Positions 1-9,510 of a stretch of 64,000 nt of DNA are shown here, one piece after another. The position numbers and the translations under genes were made by a program. Each line of letters begins with the position of its first letter. The first letter of the stretch is position 1. Source of the DNA: Bacteriovoracia bacterium (lineage in GTDB: Bacteria > Bdellovibrionota > UBA1018 > JBFWNL01). The stretch spans positions 1 to 64,000 of the forward strand of contig JBFWNL010000008.1 of the NCBI GenBank assembly GCA_050251055.1. The letters are read 5' to 3'. Below the pieces are notes generated by a model. That model saw nothing but the letters and a program-made list of their open reading frames with translations, was not told where the DNA came from and did not search any database.

Positions 1-57
1 CCGGCTGCGATACACCCGGCCTACAAAATAACTCATTGAATTCTAAGGAGTCCGCTC

Positions 58-291
58 ATGGCGAGAATTACGGTTGAGGACTGCCTCCGCAACGTCGGCA
101 ATATGTACGACTTGTTTTTGGTGGCAACTACGCGAGTCAGACAGCTTTACAAAGGTGCCGAACCCACCGTGAAGAGCAAGAACCGCGTGATCGTGACGGC
201 GCTGCGAGAAATCGCCGCCGGAAAAGTAAACACGCCGCGGGCGCGCGCCACCGAAGAAGGCGGCACGACTTCGGGCACCATGCCTAACTAG
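58..291 (+). CDS. rpoZ: DNA-directed RNA polymerase subunit omega
   Basis: [10 protein letters not shown]...[14 protein letters not shown]...TALREIAAG signature; AAGGAG RBS upstream. Confidence 0.95.
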   Translation: MARITVEDCLRNVGNMYDLFLVATTRVRQLYKGAEPTVKSKNRVIVTALREIAAGKVNTPRARATEEGGTTSGTMPN

Positions 292-329
292 TGGCGCCCA
301 ATTCATTCTACTTACGGAGCAATTAAAAG

Positions 330-554
330 ATGAGCCATTCCGTTATCTTCGAACTCGAACATAACCGTCAGCGTTTGAACTATTACCAACAGCAAAAGAC
401 CAAGCCCCAGGCTTCGTCGAAGGCTTTGGATAAGTGGATCGATATCTATTCGGAGCGCGTGAAGAAACTCGAGCGTCAAGCCACCAAGCTTAAGCTCGAG
501 CTCCCGATCGCGTCGGCCGGCCGCTCGCCGGGCGCACACGCATCCCTTTCCTAA
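330..554 (+). CDS. small hypothetical coiled-coil protein
   Basis: 74 aa ORF directly after rpoZ with GGAG upstream and helical composition; 3' end overlaps the lon 3' end. Confidence 0.6.
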   Translation: MSHSVIFELEHNRQRLNYYQQQKTKPQASSKALDKWIDIYSERVKKLERQATKLKLELPIASAGRSPGAHASLS

Positions 555-3204
555 GGACTTTTTTAGCCGCGTCGGCTTTCTTCAGCCCTCGCGGCTTTTT
601 TTCGTCCAGCGCTAGCTTAAATACCGATTCGACGTGATCCACGAAGTGAATGCGCATGCCTTCGAGCGCGTACTTCGGAACTTCCTCGAGATCTTTCCGG
701 TTTAGTCGCGGCAGGATCACCTCGGTGATGCCAGCGCGCTTGGCCGCCAAGAGCTTTTCCTTAATGCCGCCCACCGGCAACACCTTGCCCGTGAGCGAAA
801 GCTCGCCCGTCATGGCGAGCTTCTGCCGGCTCATGCGTCCGGTTAGCAACGAATACAGCGCCGTGGCCATCGAGATTCCCGCCGAAGGCCCGTCCTTCGG
901 AATGGCGCCAGCGGGAATGTGCACGTGCACGTCACGCTCCTTGAAAAACTCGGGCTTCACCGCCTGCTCTTGCGCGTACTTCTTCTTCACGTAAGTCCAG
1001 GCGATGTTCGCGCTTTCGGTCATCACCTCGCCCATCTTACCGGTGAGCTTGAAGCCGCCGGTCCCAATCAGATCGGTGGCTTCGATGAAGAGAATGTCGC
1101 CACCGGCGGCCGTCCAAGCCAATCCCACGACTACGCCGGGCGAAATAATCCGCTCCGCGAGCTCGTTGAAAAAGCGCGGTGGACCGATCCAGTTTCGTAA
1201 ATTCTCGGGCGTGATTGAAATAGCTTTAGGTTTCGACTTGATCCGCGCGGCGCGCTTCTTCTCACGCACGATATCGGCGGCCGCCTTACGCGCGATCTTC
1301 TCGACCAGCATCTGCAAACTACGCAAGCCGGGTTCGCGAGCGTAGTCCTTCATCATGATCGTCAACGCCGCGGTATGGAGCTTCAGCAGATTCTCGGGAA
1401 TACCTGTCTCTTGGAGGATCTTCGGAATGACGTACCGATTGGCGATCAGCTCCTTTTCTTCGAGGGTGTAGCCCGCGATCTCGATCACCTCCATACGGTC
1501 GAGCAGCGGCGCCGGAATGGAAGCGGTCGTATTGGCGGTCGCGATGAAAAGCACGTCGGAAAGATCGAAAGGGATATCGAGATAATGGTCAAGAAACGAC
1601 GCGTTTTGCTCGGGATCCAAAACCTCGAGCAACGCGCTCGCGGGATCGCCCTGGAAGCTCGCGCCTAGCTTATCGATTTCATCGAGCATGATCACAGGAT
1701 TCTTGCTGCCCGCGCGCTTCATGGCGTTGACGATCTTCCCGGGCATCGCGCCGATATAAGTACGGCGATGCCCTTTGATCTCGGCCTCGTCGCGCATGCC
1801 TCCCAAAGAAAAACGGTAAAACTGGCGGCCCAGGGTACGAGCGATGGACTTACCCATCGAAGTCTTGCCGACGCCCGGAGGGCCTACCAGGCAAATAATG
1901 GAACCTTTTTTCTTGGTGGCTTCCGCGATTTCCGCGGCCGGCGCCGGCGGGGCGGTCTCGCTGGGTGGGCTGACCCCGTTACCCGTCAGAGGGCGCGCAC
2001 TCTTGGCGGCGAGCTTCGCGGGTTTTTCCTTCGCGGTGTTTACCTGGCGGGCGGCCTCCGCCTCCTGGCGTAAGTTACGCACGGCCAGGAACTCAACGAT
2101 ACGGGCCTTCACCTTTTCCAGACCATAGTGATCTTCGTCCAAGATCTTCTCGGCGCGGTCAAGATCCAGCTGATCTTCCGTGTACACGCCCCACGGAAGC
2201 GCGCAGATCGTCTCGAGATAGGTGCGCGAAACATTGTACTCGGGGGACTGCTCGGACAGGGTTTCAAATTTCGCCAACTCTTCGAGCGCGATCTTCTTCA
2301 CCGCTTCGGGCATCTTCGCGGCGTCGATCCGCTCGCGAAAAGTACGCGAGGACTTATCCTTTCCGTCCTCCTCCATACCCAGTTCTTTTTTTATAACTTT
2401 GAGCTGCTCCTTCAGGAAAAAATCCCGCTGCATGGAATTGATCTTGCCGTTGACGTCTTCCTGAATTTTCTTTTGCAGCTCGGCCACGTCTTGTTCCCGC
2501 CGCAGGTGCAGGAGCAGCTTCTCGAAACGTTCTTTCACCGGAATAGTTTGCAGGTAGTCTTGGGCATCCTCGCGCGACAGCGTCAGGGCAAACGCGACTA
2601 AATCCGCGACCGTGGCCGGCCCGGGCGCATTAAGCATGGCAAACTTCATCTCGTCCGTGAAAAACGGATTTACCTCCGACAACCGCTTCACATGACTAAT
2701 GACGGTTCGGGTAAGCGCGTCGAGTTCGAGCGACTTTTCGGCGATATCGTCCAGGTACTCCGCCTCGACCACGATATGGGGACGATCCGATAGCACCTTC
2801 TTCGCGCGAAACCGCTTTACGCCGTGTAACAGCAAATTAACTGAACCATCGGGCATCTTTAGGCGTTTGAGGACCTTAACCACGACGCCCACGTCGTACA
2901 GGTTTTCCGAGCGGGTCGTGTTTTTCACCTCGCCATCGCGGGTCAGTATCAGCCCGATGAAACGCTGGCGGTTAATCGCTTCCTCGACGGTTTCAATGAA
3001 GCGCGGCCGTACCACAATCAGCGGCGCCATCAACGTCGGATAAATCACCGTGGAGTTAATGGGCAAGACGAAGAGATTCGGCGGCAACACCTGATCGGGG
3101 AGGACCAGGCTGCTATTGGCGTCTTTGGGCTCGGGGGACTCGGGAGACTCGGGAGACTCGGAAGACCCGCGGATGTTTTCAGTTTTGGTGTCAGTTTCGG
3201 CCAA
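490..3204 (-). CDS. lon: ATP-dependent Lon protease
   Basis: LON N-domain, Walker A GPPGVGKT, RRTYIGAMPG, catalytic PKDGPSAG and GGIKEK motifs; TTG start. Confidence 0.97.
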   Translation of the reverse strand: MAETDTKTENIRGSSESPESPESPEPKDANSSLVLPDQVLPPNLFVLPINSTVIYPTLMAPLIVVRPRFIETVEEAINRQRFIGLILTRDGEVKNTTRSENLYDVGVVVKVLKRLKMPDGSVNLLLHGVKRFRAKKVLSDRPHIVVEAEYLDDIAEKSLELDALTRTVISHVKRLSEVNPFFTDEMKFAMLNAPGPATVADLVAFALTLSREDAQDYLQTIPVKERFEKLLLHLRREQDVAELQKKIQEDVNGKINSMQRDFFLKEQLKVIKKELGMEEDGKDKSSRTFRERIDAAKMPEAVKKIALEELAKFETLSEQSPEYNVSRTYLETICALPWGVYTEDQLDLDRAEKILDEDHYGLEKVKARIVEFLAVRNLRQEAEAARQVNTAKEKPAKLAAKSARPLTGNGVSPPSETAPPAPAAEIAEATKKKGSIICLVGPPGVGKTSMGKSIARTLGRQFYRFSLGGMRDEAEIKGHRRTYIGAMPGKIVNAMKRAGSKNPVIMLDEIDKLGASFQGDPASALLEVLDPEQNASFLDHYLDIPFDLSDVLFIATANTTASIPAPLLDRMEVIEIAGYTLEEKELIANRYVIPKILQETGIPENLLKLHTAALTIMMKDYAREPGLRSLQMLVEKIARKAAADIVREKKRAARIKSKPKAISITPENLRNWIGPPRFFNELAERIISPGVVVGLAWTAAGGDILFIEATDLIGTGGFKLTGKMGEVMTESANIAWTYVKKKYAQEQAVKPEFFKERDVHVHIPAGAIPKDGPSAGISMATALYSLLTGRMSRQKLAMTGELSLTGKVLPVGGIKEKLLAAKRAGITEVILPRLNRKDLEEVPKYALEGMRIHFVDHVESVFKLALDEKKPRGLKKADAAKKVLRKGMRVRPASGRPTRSGARA

Positions 3205-3228
3205 AGGGGAGTTTCCTCTCAGCCTTCA

Positions 3229-3256
3229 ATATGGGCCGCATATCCCGTTTGGCAAG
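3229..3256 (-). promoter_or_regulatory. putative sigma32 (RpoH)-type promoter of lon
   Basis: Minus strand reads CTTGCC-N15-CCCATAT, close to the CTTGAA-N13-17-CCCCATNT consensus, upstream of a heat-shock gene. Confidence 0.45.
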
Positions 3257-3319
3257 GAATGGCCTGAAATTAATAAGCCGCCGAAATAATTGATGATTCG
3301 CTAGCTTTACCTACGGTTA

Positions 3320-3880
3320 CTAGGTATTGGGGGCCGAGAGAATGGCCAGCTTAATCTTTTCGAGCATCTCGTTGGGCCGCGACGTGTCCACCTGCTCGGC
3401 GCCCGCCCAGCCTGTCGCCTGCCCGTTCTTATCGAGCAGCTCGATTTCCTCGGAGGTTTCCACAACCACGTCGGTACCCCCTAACACGCGAGCGGCCCTG
3501 ATCTCGTACTTGATCCGGGTCTGCAGGTACTTCTTCTTCGGCAGGTTGTTCACCTTGAACTCGACGTATTTATCGCGGGATTCGCTGTAGATCCAATCCG
3601 TCGAGAGCCGGCGCTCGGCGAGCTTCTTCATCTCGACTGCGTTCACTTCCTCGGGATCGCGGTCGACCACCTTATATTTTGACAACGCCCGCTCAATTCC
3701 GGCCCAAACCTCGGGGAAGTCGTTTTCAAACGTCCAGCGCTCGCGCAGCTTCGCGTACTTCTGGCTCTGCACCTTCATCGCACTCGAACAAGCGGTACCC
3801 ACCACCCCCAAGGACAACCCAAGGCTCAGCAAACTCAGCTGACAAGCCAACACTACCGAACGGCGCGCAATCACGTGCAT
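3320..3880 (-). CDS. hypothetical lipoprotein
   Basis: Hydrophobic leader with VGTAC lipobox; 186 aa. Confidence 0.75.
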   Translation of the reverse strand: MHVIARRSVVLACQLSLLSLGLSLGVVGTACSSAMKVQSQKYAKLRERWTFENDFPEVWAGIERALSKYKVVDRDPEEVNAVEMKKLAERRLSTDWIYSESRDKYVEFKVNNLPKKKYLQTRIKYEIRAARVLGGTDVVVETSEEIELLDKNGQATGWAGAEQVDTSRPNEMLEKIKLAILSAPNT

Positions 3881-3908
3881 AAATAGGGTTCCTTTAATCT
3901 TACCGGTT

Positions 3909-4466
3909 TTACTTCTTCTTCAGGTCGAGGATGACGCGGACGGGATTGGAAAGCTCGAACACTTCCACGGGCTGGCTCCCTTTCATGTTCATCACGAAGG
4001 TCCAGCGGTCTTTTTCCACGATAGGGAGGAGCTCGAGCTTTTCGACGAGCGAGCTCTTGCGGAAGTTCTTCACGACTTTTCGGGGACTGAAAGCCAGTTT
4101 GGGTTTACCAAAGAGGGTCACGACCAAACGCTTCATGTCCGGGGTGACCGAAACGGAATAATAAGGAGCGCGATTGATCGCTGCCGGCTCTCCGCTGCGG
4201 TTGCCCTCGAGATCCAGGACGATGCGCTCGTAATCGGGATTAGCGGCGTGGCGGATATCGAGCACGATCACGTCATCGATGGCGCGATCGCCTCCCACAA
4301 TGGTGCCGTCCTTAATATAAGTATTGGTTTTGTTCGCCTCCGCCAAATGGACGCGATCCATCTTGAGCTGGGGTATGGAGGCGTCGGCCAGACCGGGCGC
4401 CACCAAGGACATCACCGAGGGAACGAGTAAAGCAAGGGTCGCGAACTTCACGTTTCTGGAGGTCAT
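3909..4466 (-). CDS. secreted protein, AMIN-like domain
   Basis: Signal peptide from MTSRNVKFATLALL; DIRHA...YERIVLDL and VFELSNPVRVILDL resemble AMIN domains; start revised from 4541. Confidence 0.65.
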   Translation of the reverse strand: MTSRNVKFATLALLVPSVMSLVAPGLADASIPQLKMDRVHLAEANKTNTYIKDGTIVGGDRAIDDVIVLDIRHAANPDYERIVLDLEGNRSGEPAAINRAPYYSVSVTPDMKRLVVTLFGKPKLAFSPRKVVKNFRKSSLVEKLELLPIVEKDRWTFVMNMKGSQPVEVFELSNPVRVILDLKKK

Positions 4467-4509
4467 GTATTTAAAGTTAGCGGGGTAAGGGCGCCAAATC
4501 AAACCGAAA

Positions 4510-6297
4510 CTAAGGTGTAAGTGGTCGACGGCGGGGCGCACGCAAATAGCGCCAGCTGGCGGCCATGGCGAAAAACGGGAAAAGCGCGCTCAGCGCCAAG
4601 AATATGCCGGTTCCCGCGTCAGGCGGTCCGCTACCGCCGTCCACGCGACGGATCATCCCACATCCACCTTCATCCCGCTGTCGTGGATCGCCGTCTGGGC
4701 TCGTGTAAGGCGGGAAGTTCTCGTCCATTCGGCATTTCGCATGCACGGGCGTGCCCGCCGACCCGGTGGTGGGCGAAACATTCAGCTGGAACGCCAGTAC
4801 CAGGAAAGGTACCGAATCCACCGCGAGACTGCCGGCCGGATAGTAGGTCGAGGCGGGATTGGACAGGCGGCGCGCATGCAAGTAGTAGTCGCCCGTGGGC
4901 AGGTTAACCGCCGAGGTAATCGCATCGAAGTTCTGGTATCCCGATTCGCTCGAATAAGTAGGGTTCACCGACTGGGAGGACACCACCAGGCCCGCGGAGT
5001 CGAGGATCTCGAGATTTGCCCGCACGGACGAGTAGAGCGAGTAAGAAAGCCCCCGTACGGTGACCGATCCTGAAAATCCGCTCAGCCGGTAGTAAAGGTC
5101 GTTGCCGCCGTTGAAGCGATCGGCGATGGCAAAGCGCTCGGAGGCGGAACCGGAGGAAACTTCGGAGGCACTCCCCTGGGTGGTTCCGCCGACCGTCGAG
5201 GGAATCACCGCGCCGCCCGAAGTCCCGCATTGGAGCGTGAGCGTACCGGCGCCGATGTTCTGTCCCCAGCTCACGGAAACCGGAGCGAGCTCTTGCCCTC
5301 CCGAAAACAAGAAGCGCCTACCAAACCTGGCGCCACCACAGATACTGTGGTTGACCGAGGCGTAGTAAGGCGGCAGGGTCGAAGCGCCGGAATAGAATGG
5401 CTCCGCCATGAGGTGATAGGTGCCCGGCTCCAAGCCGGAGATCGTGTAATTCCCGGCGGGATCGGTCAGCGACGACGCGAGCGCGACGCCGCGATCATTA
5501 GAAATAGCCACGACCTGCACGCCGAAAATTCCCGTCCCGTTCTCGCGCACGATACGACCGTTGATGGAACCCATCGCCGGCGTGGCGGCGTTGCCGTAAA
5601 GCCGGCGCACGCCCGCCATATCGTCACAGCTCAGGTGCGCCTGGTCCGGCGCCTCCATGTAGAGCATCGTGGATTGCAGTCCCCCACTGTGGGAAAGACC
5701 ATAAGCGTGCCCCAACTCGTGAGTCAGCACGTTTTCGAGATAAACCTGCGACCCTACGCCGCCCGAAACGCGGCCCGAGCCCGGACCTGAAGTGTCGCCC
5801 GTGCCGGCGGTGAACGTGTAATGCAAGTCGTTCAGCACGACGTCGGCCTCGAGGATTTCCGCGGTGTCGGGGTTGTACCACACCTGGGTGAGGCCGATGA
5901 TGTTCGTGTTCACCAACTGCTGGCCGCCCTGCAAGGCGGAAGCGAAATAAACCGAAGACACGTTGTTATAGTTGCTGTTTGGGACGTAGATATCGGCGTC
6001 GTTGCCTTGCCAGTAATCGAACTGAATGACGCCGCCGGTGGCGGCTTGCCAGCGCCGCAGCCCCCGCACGACGGCCTGGAAAAAATAATCGGGGGACAAA
6101 CCCACTCGATTGGCGGGATTGCCCGCCAGGTTCAGCTTCGGCACTCCCCAATGTACGGGTTGACCGGAGCCAGCGGCGGTAATGGTGTAAGCGTGAGTGG
6201 ACGAAGTGAAGACCGAGGCGACCAGACCGAAGACCACGGCCAGCGGCGAAGCCGGCGGCAGCTTCAGCTTCATCCTTGAAGCGAAGTAAAATCTCAT
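4510..6297 (-). CDS. matrixin (M10/M12-like) zinc metalloprotease with carboxypeptidase-regulatory-like domain and C-terminal anchor
   Basis: HELGHAYGLSH zinc motif and Met-turn STMLY; TDPAGNYTISGLEPGTY; C-terminal GGCG, TM helix and basic tail. Confidence 0.85.
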   Translation of the reverse strand: MRFYFASRMKLKLPPASPLAVVFGLVASVFTSSTHAYTITAAGSGQPVHWGVPKLNLAGNPANRVGLSPDYFFQAVVRGLRRWQAATGGVIQFDYWQGNDADIYVPNSNYNNVSSVYFASALQGGQQLVNTNIIGLTQVWYNPDTAEILEADVVLNDLHYTFTAGTGDTSGPGSGRVSGGVGSQVYLENVLTHELGHAYGLSHSGGLQSTMLYMEAPDQAHLSCDDMAGVRRLYGNAATPAMGSINGRIVRENGTGIFGVQVVAISNDRGVALASSLTDPAGNYTISGLEPGTYHLMAEPFYSGASTLPPYYASVNHSICGGARFGRRFLFSGGQELAPVSVSWGQNIGAGTLTLQCGTSGGAVIPSTVGGTTQGSASEVSSGSASERFAIADRFNGGNDLYYRLSGFSGSVTVRGLSYSLYSSVRANLEILDSAGLVVSSQSVNPTYSSESGYQNFDAITSAVNLPTGDYYLHARRLSNPASTYYPAGSLAVDSVPFLVLAFQLNVSPTTGSAGTPVHAKCRMDENFPPYTSPDGDPRQRDEGGCGMIRRVDGGSGPPDAGTGIFLALSALFPFFAMAASWRYLRAPRRRPLTP

Positions 6298-6345
6298 CCG
6301 CGTTGGGACTCCTCTCAGGCATCCATGCCGGTCCCAATAGAAATT

Positions 6346-7185
6346 CTATTTCTTTTTACGACGCAAATACAAGCTGAAGAAAATACCCGCCAAAAAACCG
6401 GCGACGATCCAAAGCACACGGCCGCTCCAGTCGCTTCCCCGCTTCGCTTTCGTCACGAAAACGGTTTCCTTCTCCGTGGGTTTCGCTCCGGCGGGCCGAG
6501 GAGGGCTAAGCGTTTGCAACGGACTGACTTTCGGCGCGGGCGTGGCCGCCGGCACAGCGACTGGGGTGGCCTGGTCCTGGACTAATTGGCGCAACTTTTC
6601 GATCGTCCAAATCCCCTGGTCCTGTCGATCGGATGAGTGATCTTCGTGGATCTCGCCGGGCTTTTCGGCCGTCAATATACCGACGGGCCCCAGCCCGGGT
6701 CCCGTGAGTCTCGGGACTCCGTCCGCCCCCTCTTCCAGGTCGTACTTCCCGAGGGCCATCGACCACACATCGTGCGAGCCGTCCGGATTTTCCTCTTCCA
6801 TGAAGACCACGACGGACTGCCCACGCAGGAACTGCGCGGCGCCCGGCACCTGCATTCCCACCTTCTCCACTTCGCCGCCCAAATCGCGCACGACCACGGA
6901 ATTTCCCGTGAGCTTCCCCTTCACGACTTCGTCGATCGCGATTTCAGTGTAAGTAAAAATCCGTCGCACGCCGTCCCGCCCGGATGCCCAACGTCCGTGC
7001 TGAGTACCCACTACTCCGCGCACGATGATGGAAGCGCTTTCCACCGACTTCGGAAACGGCGGCACGCTGAAGGTCGTCGCCCCGGCGAGGGGGAGAAAAC
7101 CAACGAGAAATATCATCAATAAATACGATATCTTACCGCTACCGCGAGAGTGGCTCACCTCCCTAGGATACCCTTGAACTTCCAA
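6346..7185 (-). CDS. exported, C-terminally anchored hypothetical protein (matrixin partner)
   Basis: Signal peptide, ASIIVRGVV...IFTYTEI...GGEV...VPGAAQF domain, Pro-rich linker, TM helix + RRKKK; start uncertain. Confidence 0.7.
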   Translation of the reverse strand: MEVQGYPREVSHSRGSGKISYLLMIFLVGFLPLAGATTFSVPPFPKSVESASIIVRGVVGTQHGRWASGRDGVRRIFTYTEIAIDEVVKGKLTGNSVVVRDLGGEVEKVGMQVPGAAQFLRGQSVVVFMEEENPDGSHDVWSMALGKYDLEEGADGVPRLTGPGLGPVGILTAEKPGEIHEDHSSDRQDQGIWTIEKLRQLVQDQATPVAVPAATPAPKVSPLQTLSPPRPAGAKPTEKETVFVTKAKRGSDWSGRVLWIVAGFLAGIFFSLYLRRKKK

Positions 7186-7223
7186 AGTGGGAATGTTATC
7201 CCTCGGGACCTACACGATAAGGT

Positions 7224-7299
7224 GGGTCGTTAGCTCAGTTGGTAGAGCAGGTGACTCTTAATCACCGGGTCGGAGGTTCGAGCCCTCCACGACCCACCA
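7224..7299 (+). tRNA. tRNA-Lys(CTT)
   Basis: GGGTCGT/ACGACCC acceptor stem, GGTGA-CTCTTAA-TCACC anticodon arm, GGTTCGA T-loop, encoded CCA. Confidence 0.97.
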
Positions 7300-7417
7300 G
7301 TTTTCAGACATCGCACAACAGTATCCCGCTCAGCATTTTCCTCTAAAAAGGCACGGCACCGGAGGGGGACGCGCTTGCGGGCCGCGAGGGAGCCCGGGCT
7401 GCAGCCGAGCCCTCAAT

Positions 7418-8911
7418 CTATGAGCCAAAGATAGGGAGGGGCGCTAGGGCGTGATAGCTGCGGCACCACTCCACGAAAGCGTCGCACTCGAGCGCCTGGG
7501 CTAGACTGGCGGTTACCTGGAGTGGGTTGGCCGCCTGAGGGCGAGGCGGCCCGTAAGGAGTACTAGGGTCCCAGCCCAGCAGCGCCACTTCCCGGGAAGC
7601 GCCGTTCGACCGCAACGTCAGATCCCCGCAATTGCCACCGAGCACGTCGGGACCGATGAGGGTGCCCGCCGCGAGCGAACCGTCGGCGAAGCTGCCGTTG
7701 TTATGAGCGGCCCGACGTACGAAGCGATGAATATAAGTCCCGTCCGCCAACGACTCGCCACTCCCTCCGAGGCGAGGAATCCGCTGGGCGCGAGCATGGA
7801 AGATGCGCTGAGCCTCGGCGTACTCACGCTGCAGAACGTACAATGAATCGCCATAATTGGTGATGGAAATCTCCCGATGCCAATCCGTCGATGAGGTGGA
7901 GACCGAAACGAAGCCGGCCAGTCCGTTGGCGAGAAACAACTCACTCAGCCAAAAAAACAGGCGCGGGTTGTGTCCCTGGATGGCGACGGCGGTGGCGATT
8001 CCGTACTCGTCGTAGCCGCTCACGCCGTCGACCGACAAATCCCGTAGCGCTCCCCGTAACGACTCCTGGGTCAATCCGAAATACGCCTGTCCAATTCGGC
8101 TTAGCACCTCGGACAGGTCGCGGACGGCGTTCGTGGCCACGGCGTACTTCTGATTCAGATCTTCCCAGGCGGAAACGACGGCGCTCGCCTCCGTAGCGGA
8201 AAACGAGGTAGTGGCGGGCATGGGTTCGACGAAAAGACGGGCCTGGTTGAGCGTCTCCTCGGCGTTTCCTGGTACCAGGCGAAGCCGAGGGACGTCATAG
8301 GTGGCGGGTGAACCGGCGGGCGCGTAGAGCGAGCTTGCCAGGGCGCCGCCGGCCAGTAACTCGACCGCGGGGCTAAAGGCGAATCGACCGGAATGCCGAT
8401 GCTGATAGCAATTCGCGAGGGCGGGAAATTTACGGTTGGTATTCCATCGCTCGTCGGTTTGCGGCGCATGACCGGTCATGCTCTCCGCCCCTTGAAAAAC
8501 GGCGGTCCGGGCGAGGAGGTCCTCGGGCCAGCTCGCGCACGGGGACGCCAAACGCAGGACACGATTCCCGTAACTACGAATGACCGGCGTACCCGGCACC
8601 AGCCCGGGCGCGAGATCGTAATGGGAGGCGAAATACGGATCGCCTTCGAAGGTGCCGATGGGAGTTCCAAAAAAATCGGAAGGGTTCAATGCGTATCCGG
8701 GGACGGCCAGCGAGGCCGCGGATGGGAGATTTCCGAGATCCGCCGCGATGGAAATGCAAAGCGGAGGAAGCGCGTCGTCCGCGCCCGCGCGCTTGATCAA
8801 TCGATCGAAAAAGTAAGGCCGCAGCCAGGGACTGAGCCCCGCGCCCAACGCAAGAAGGCTGGCGCGGGAAACGAAATCGCGGCGAGTGTACTTTTTTTCG
8901 GGCTTTCTCAT
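7418..8911 (-). CDS. Tat-exported hypothetical protein (DUF1501/DUF1552-like, tentative)
   Basis: TRRDFV twin-arginine leader; DWH motif; last gene of a co-oriented triplet with a haem-c lipoprotein. Confidence 0.65.
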   Translation of the reverse strand: MRKPEKKYTRRDFVSRASLLALGAGLSPWLRPYFFDRLIKRAGADDALPPLCISIAADLGNLPSAASLAVPGYALNPSDFFGTPIGTFEGDPYFASHYDLAPGLVPGTPVIRSYGNRVLRLASPCASWPEDLLARTAVFQGAESMTGHAPQTDERWNTNRKFPALANCYQHRHSGRFAFSPAVELLAGGALASSLYAPAGSPATYDVPRLRLVPGNAEETLNQARLFVEPMPATTSFSATEASAVVSAWEDLNQKYAVATNAVRDLSEVLSRIGQAYFGLTQESLRGALRDLSVDGVSGYDEYGIATAVAIQGHNPRLFFWLSELFLANGLAGFVSVSTSSTDWHREISITNYGDSLYVLQREYAEAQRIFHARAQRIPRLGGSGESLADGTYIHRFVRRAAHNNGSFADGSLAAGTLIGPDVLGGNCGDLTLRSNGASREVALLGWDPSTPYGPPRPQAANPLQVTASLAQALECDAFVEWCRSYHALAPLPIFGS

Positions 8912-8931
8912 GGCTTTCCTCGCAAATTAAA

Positions 8932-9510
8932 TCAGTGAACGGTCATCGCTTCCAGACTGCCGAGCACGAACATGCAAGCCGTCACGCGCTTTTGCGTGGC
9001 GGCCTGCAGACGGGCTTCCAGCGCTTCCGTCTCCTCTTCCGTCGGATAGCGCGAAATCGCGGTGAGAAACAAATGGCGGGCGTCCACCCGCGCGGGGTCG
9101 GCATCGGGAAACAGTATCCGCGGATTTCCCGGTCCAGTCGCGATCTCCAGGCAGAAATCGCGGATCAATGCGCTGAGCAGCTTGGTGTGGGCGATCGTGA
9201 AGCCGCGGTCTTCGTTCACCTCGGCGGCGTAGTTGGAGCCTCCGTATAGGAACTGGGTCGGCCGACCGGCCGCGATCCGGTTGGCCACTCCGTCGGAGCC
9301 GGATCGGCCCCCCAGGGAGATCAGATGATTCGCGAAAGCGGAGGGATGAATGCGGGTGACGTTCGGCGCGAGCGAGAGATCATCCGTCCGCGGAGAAAGC
9401 GCAGGACCGTGCGCCGGGAAGGATCCCCGCACCTGCGCGCCTTCGTTTTTTTTCAATCCTGAACACCCGCTAATGCAGAAGAACAGGACCACGAGCCACC
9501 AGCGTTTCAT
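8932..9510 (-). CDS. hypothetical lipoprotein
   Basis: ISGC lipobox; LFLTAISRYPTEEE motif resembles DUF1553/DUF1595-type helices; ATGA overlap with the upstream gene. Confidence 0.7.
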   Translation of the reverse strand: MKRWWLVVLFFCISGCSGLKKNEGAQVRGSFPAHGPALSPRTDDLSLAPNVTRIHPSAFANHLISLGGRSGSDGVANRIAAGRPTQFLYGGSNYAAEVNEDRGFTIAHTKLLSALIRDFCLEIATGPGNPRILFPDADPARVDARHLFLTAISRYPTEEETEALEARLQAATQKRVTACMFVLGSLEAMTVH

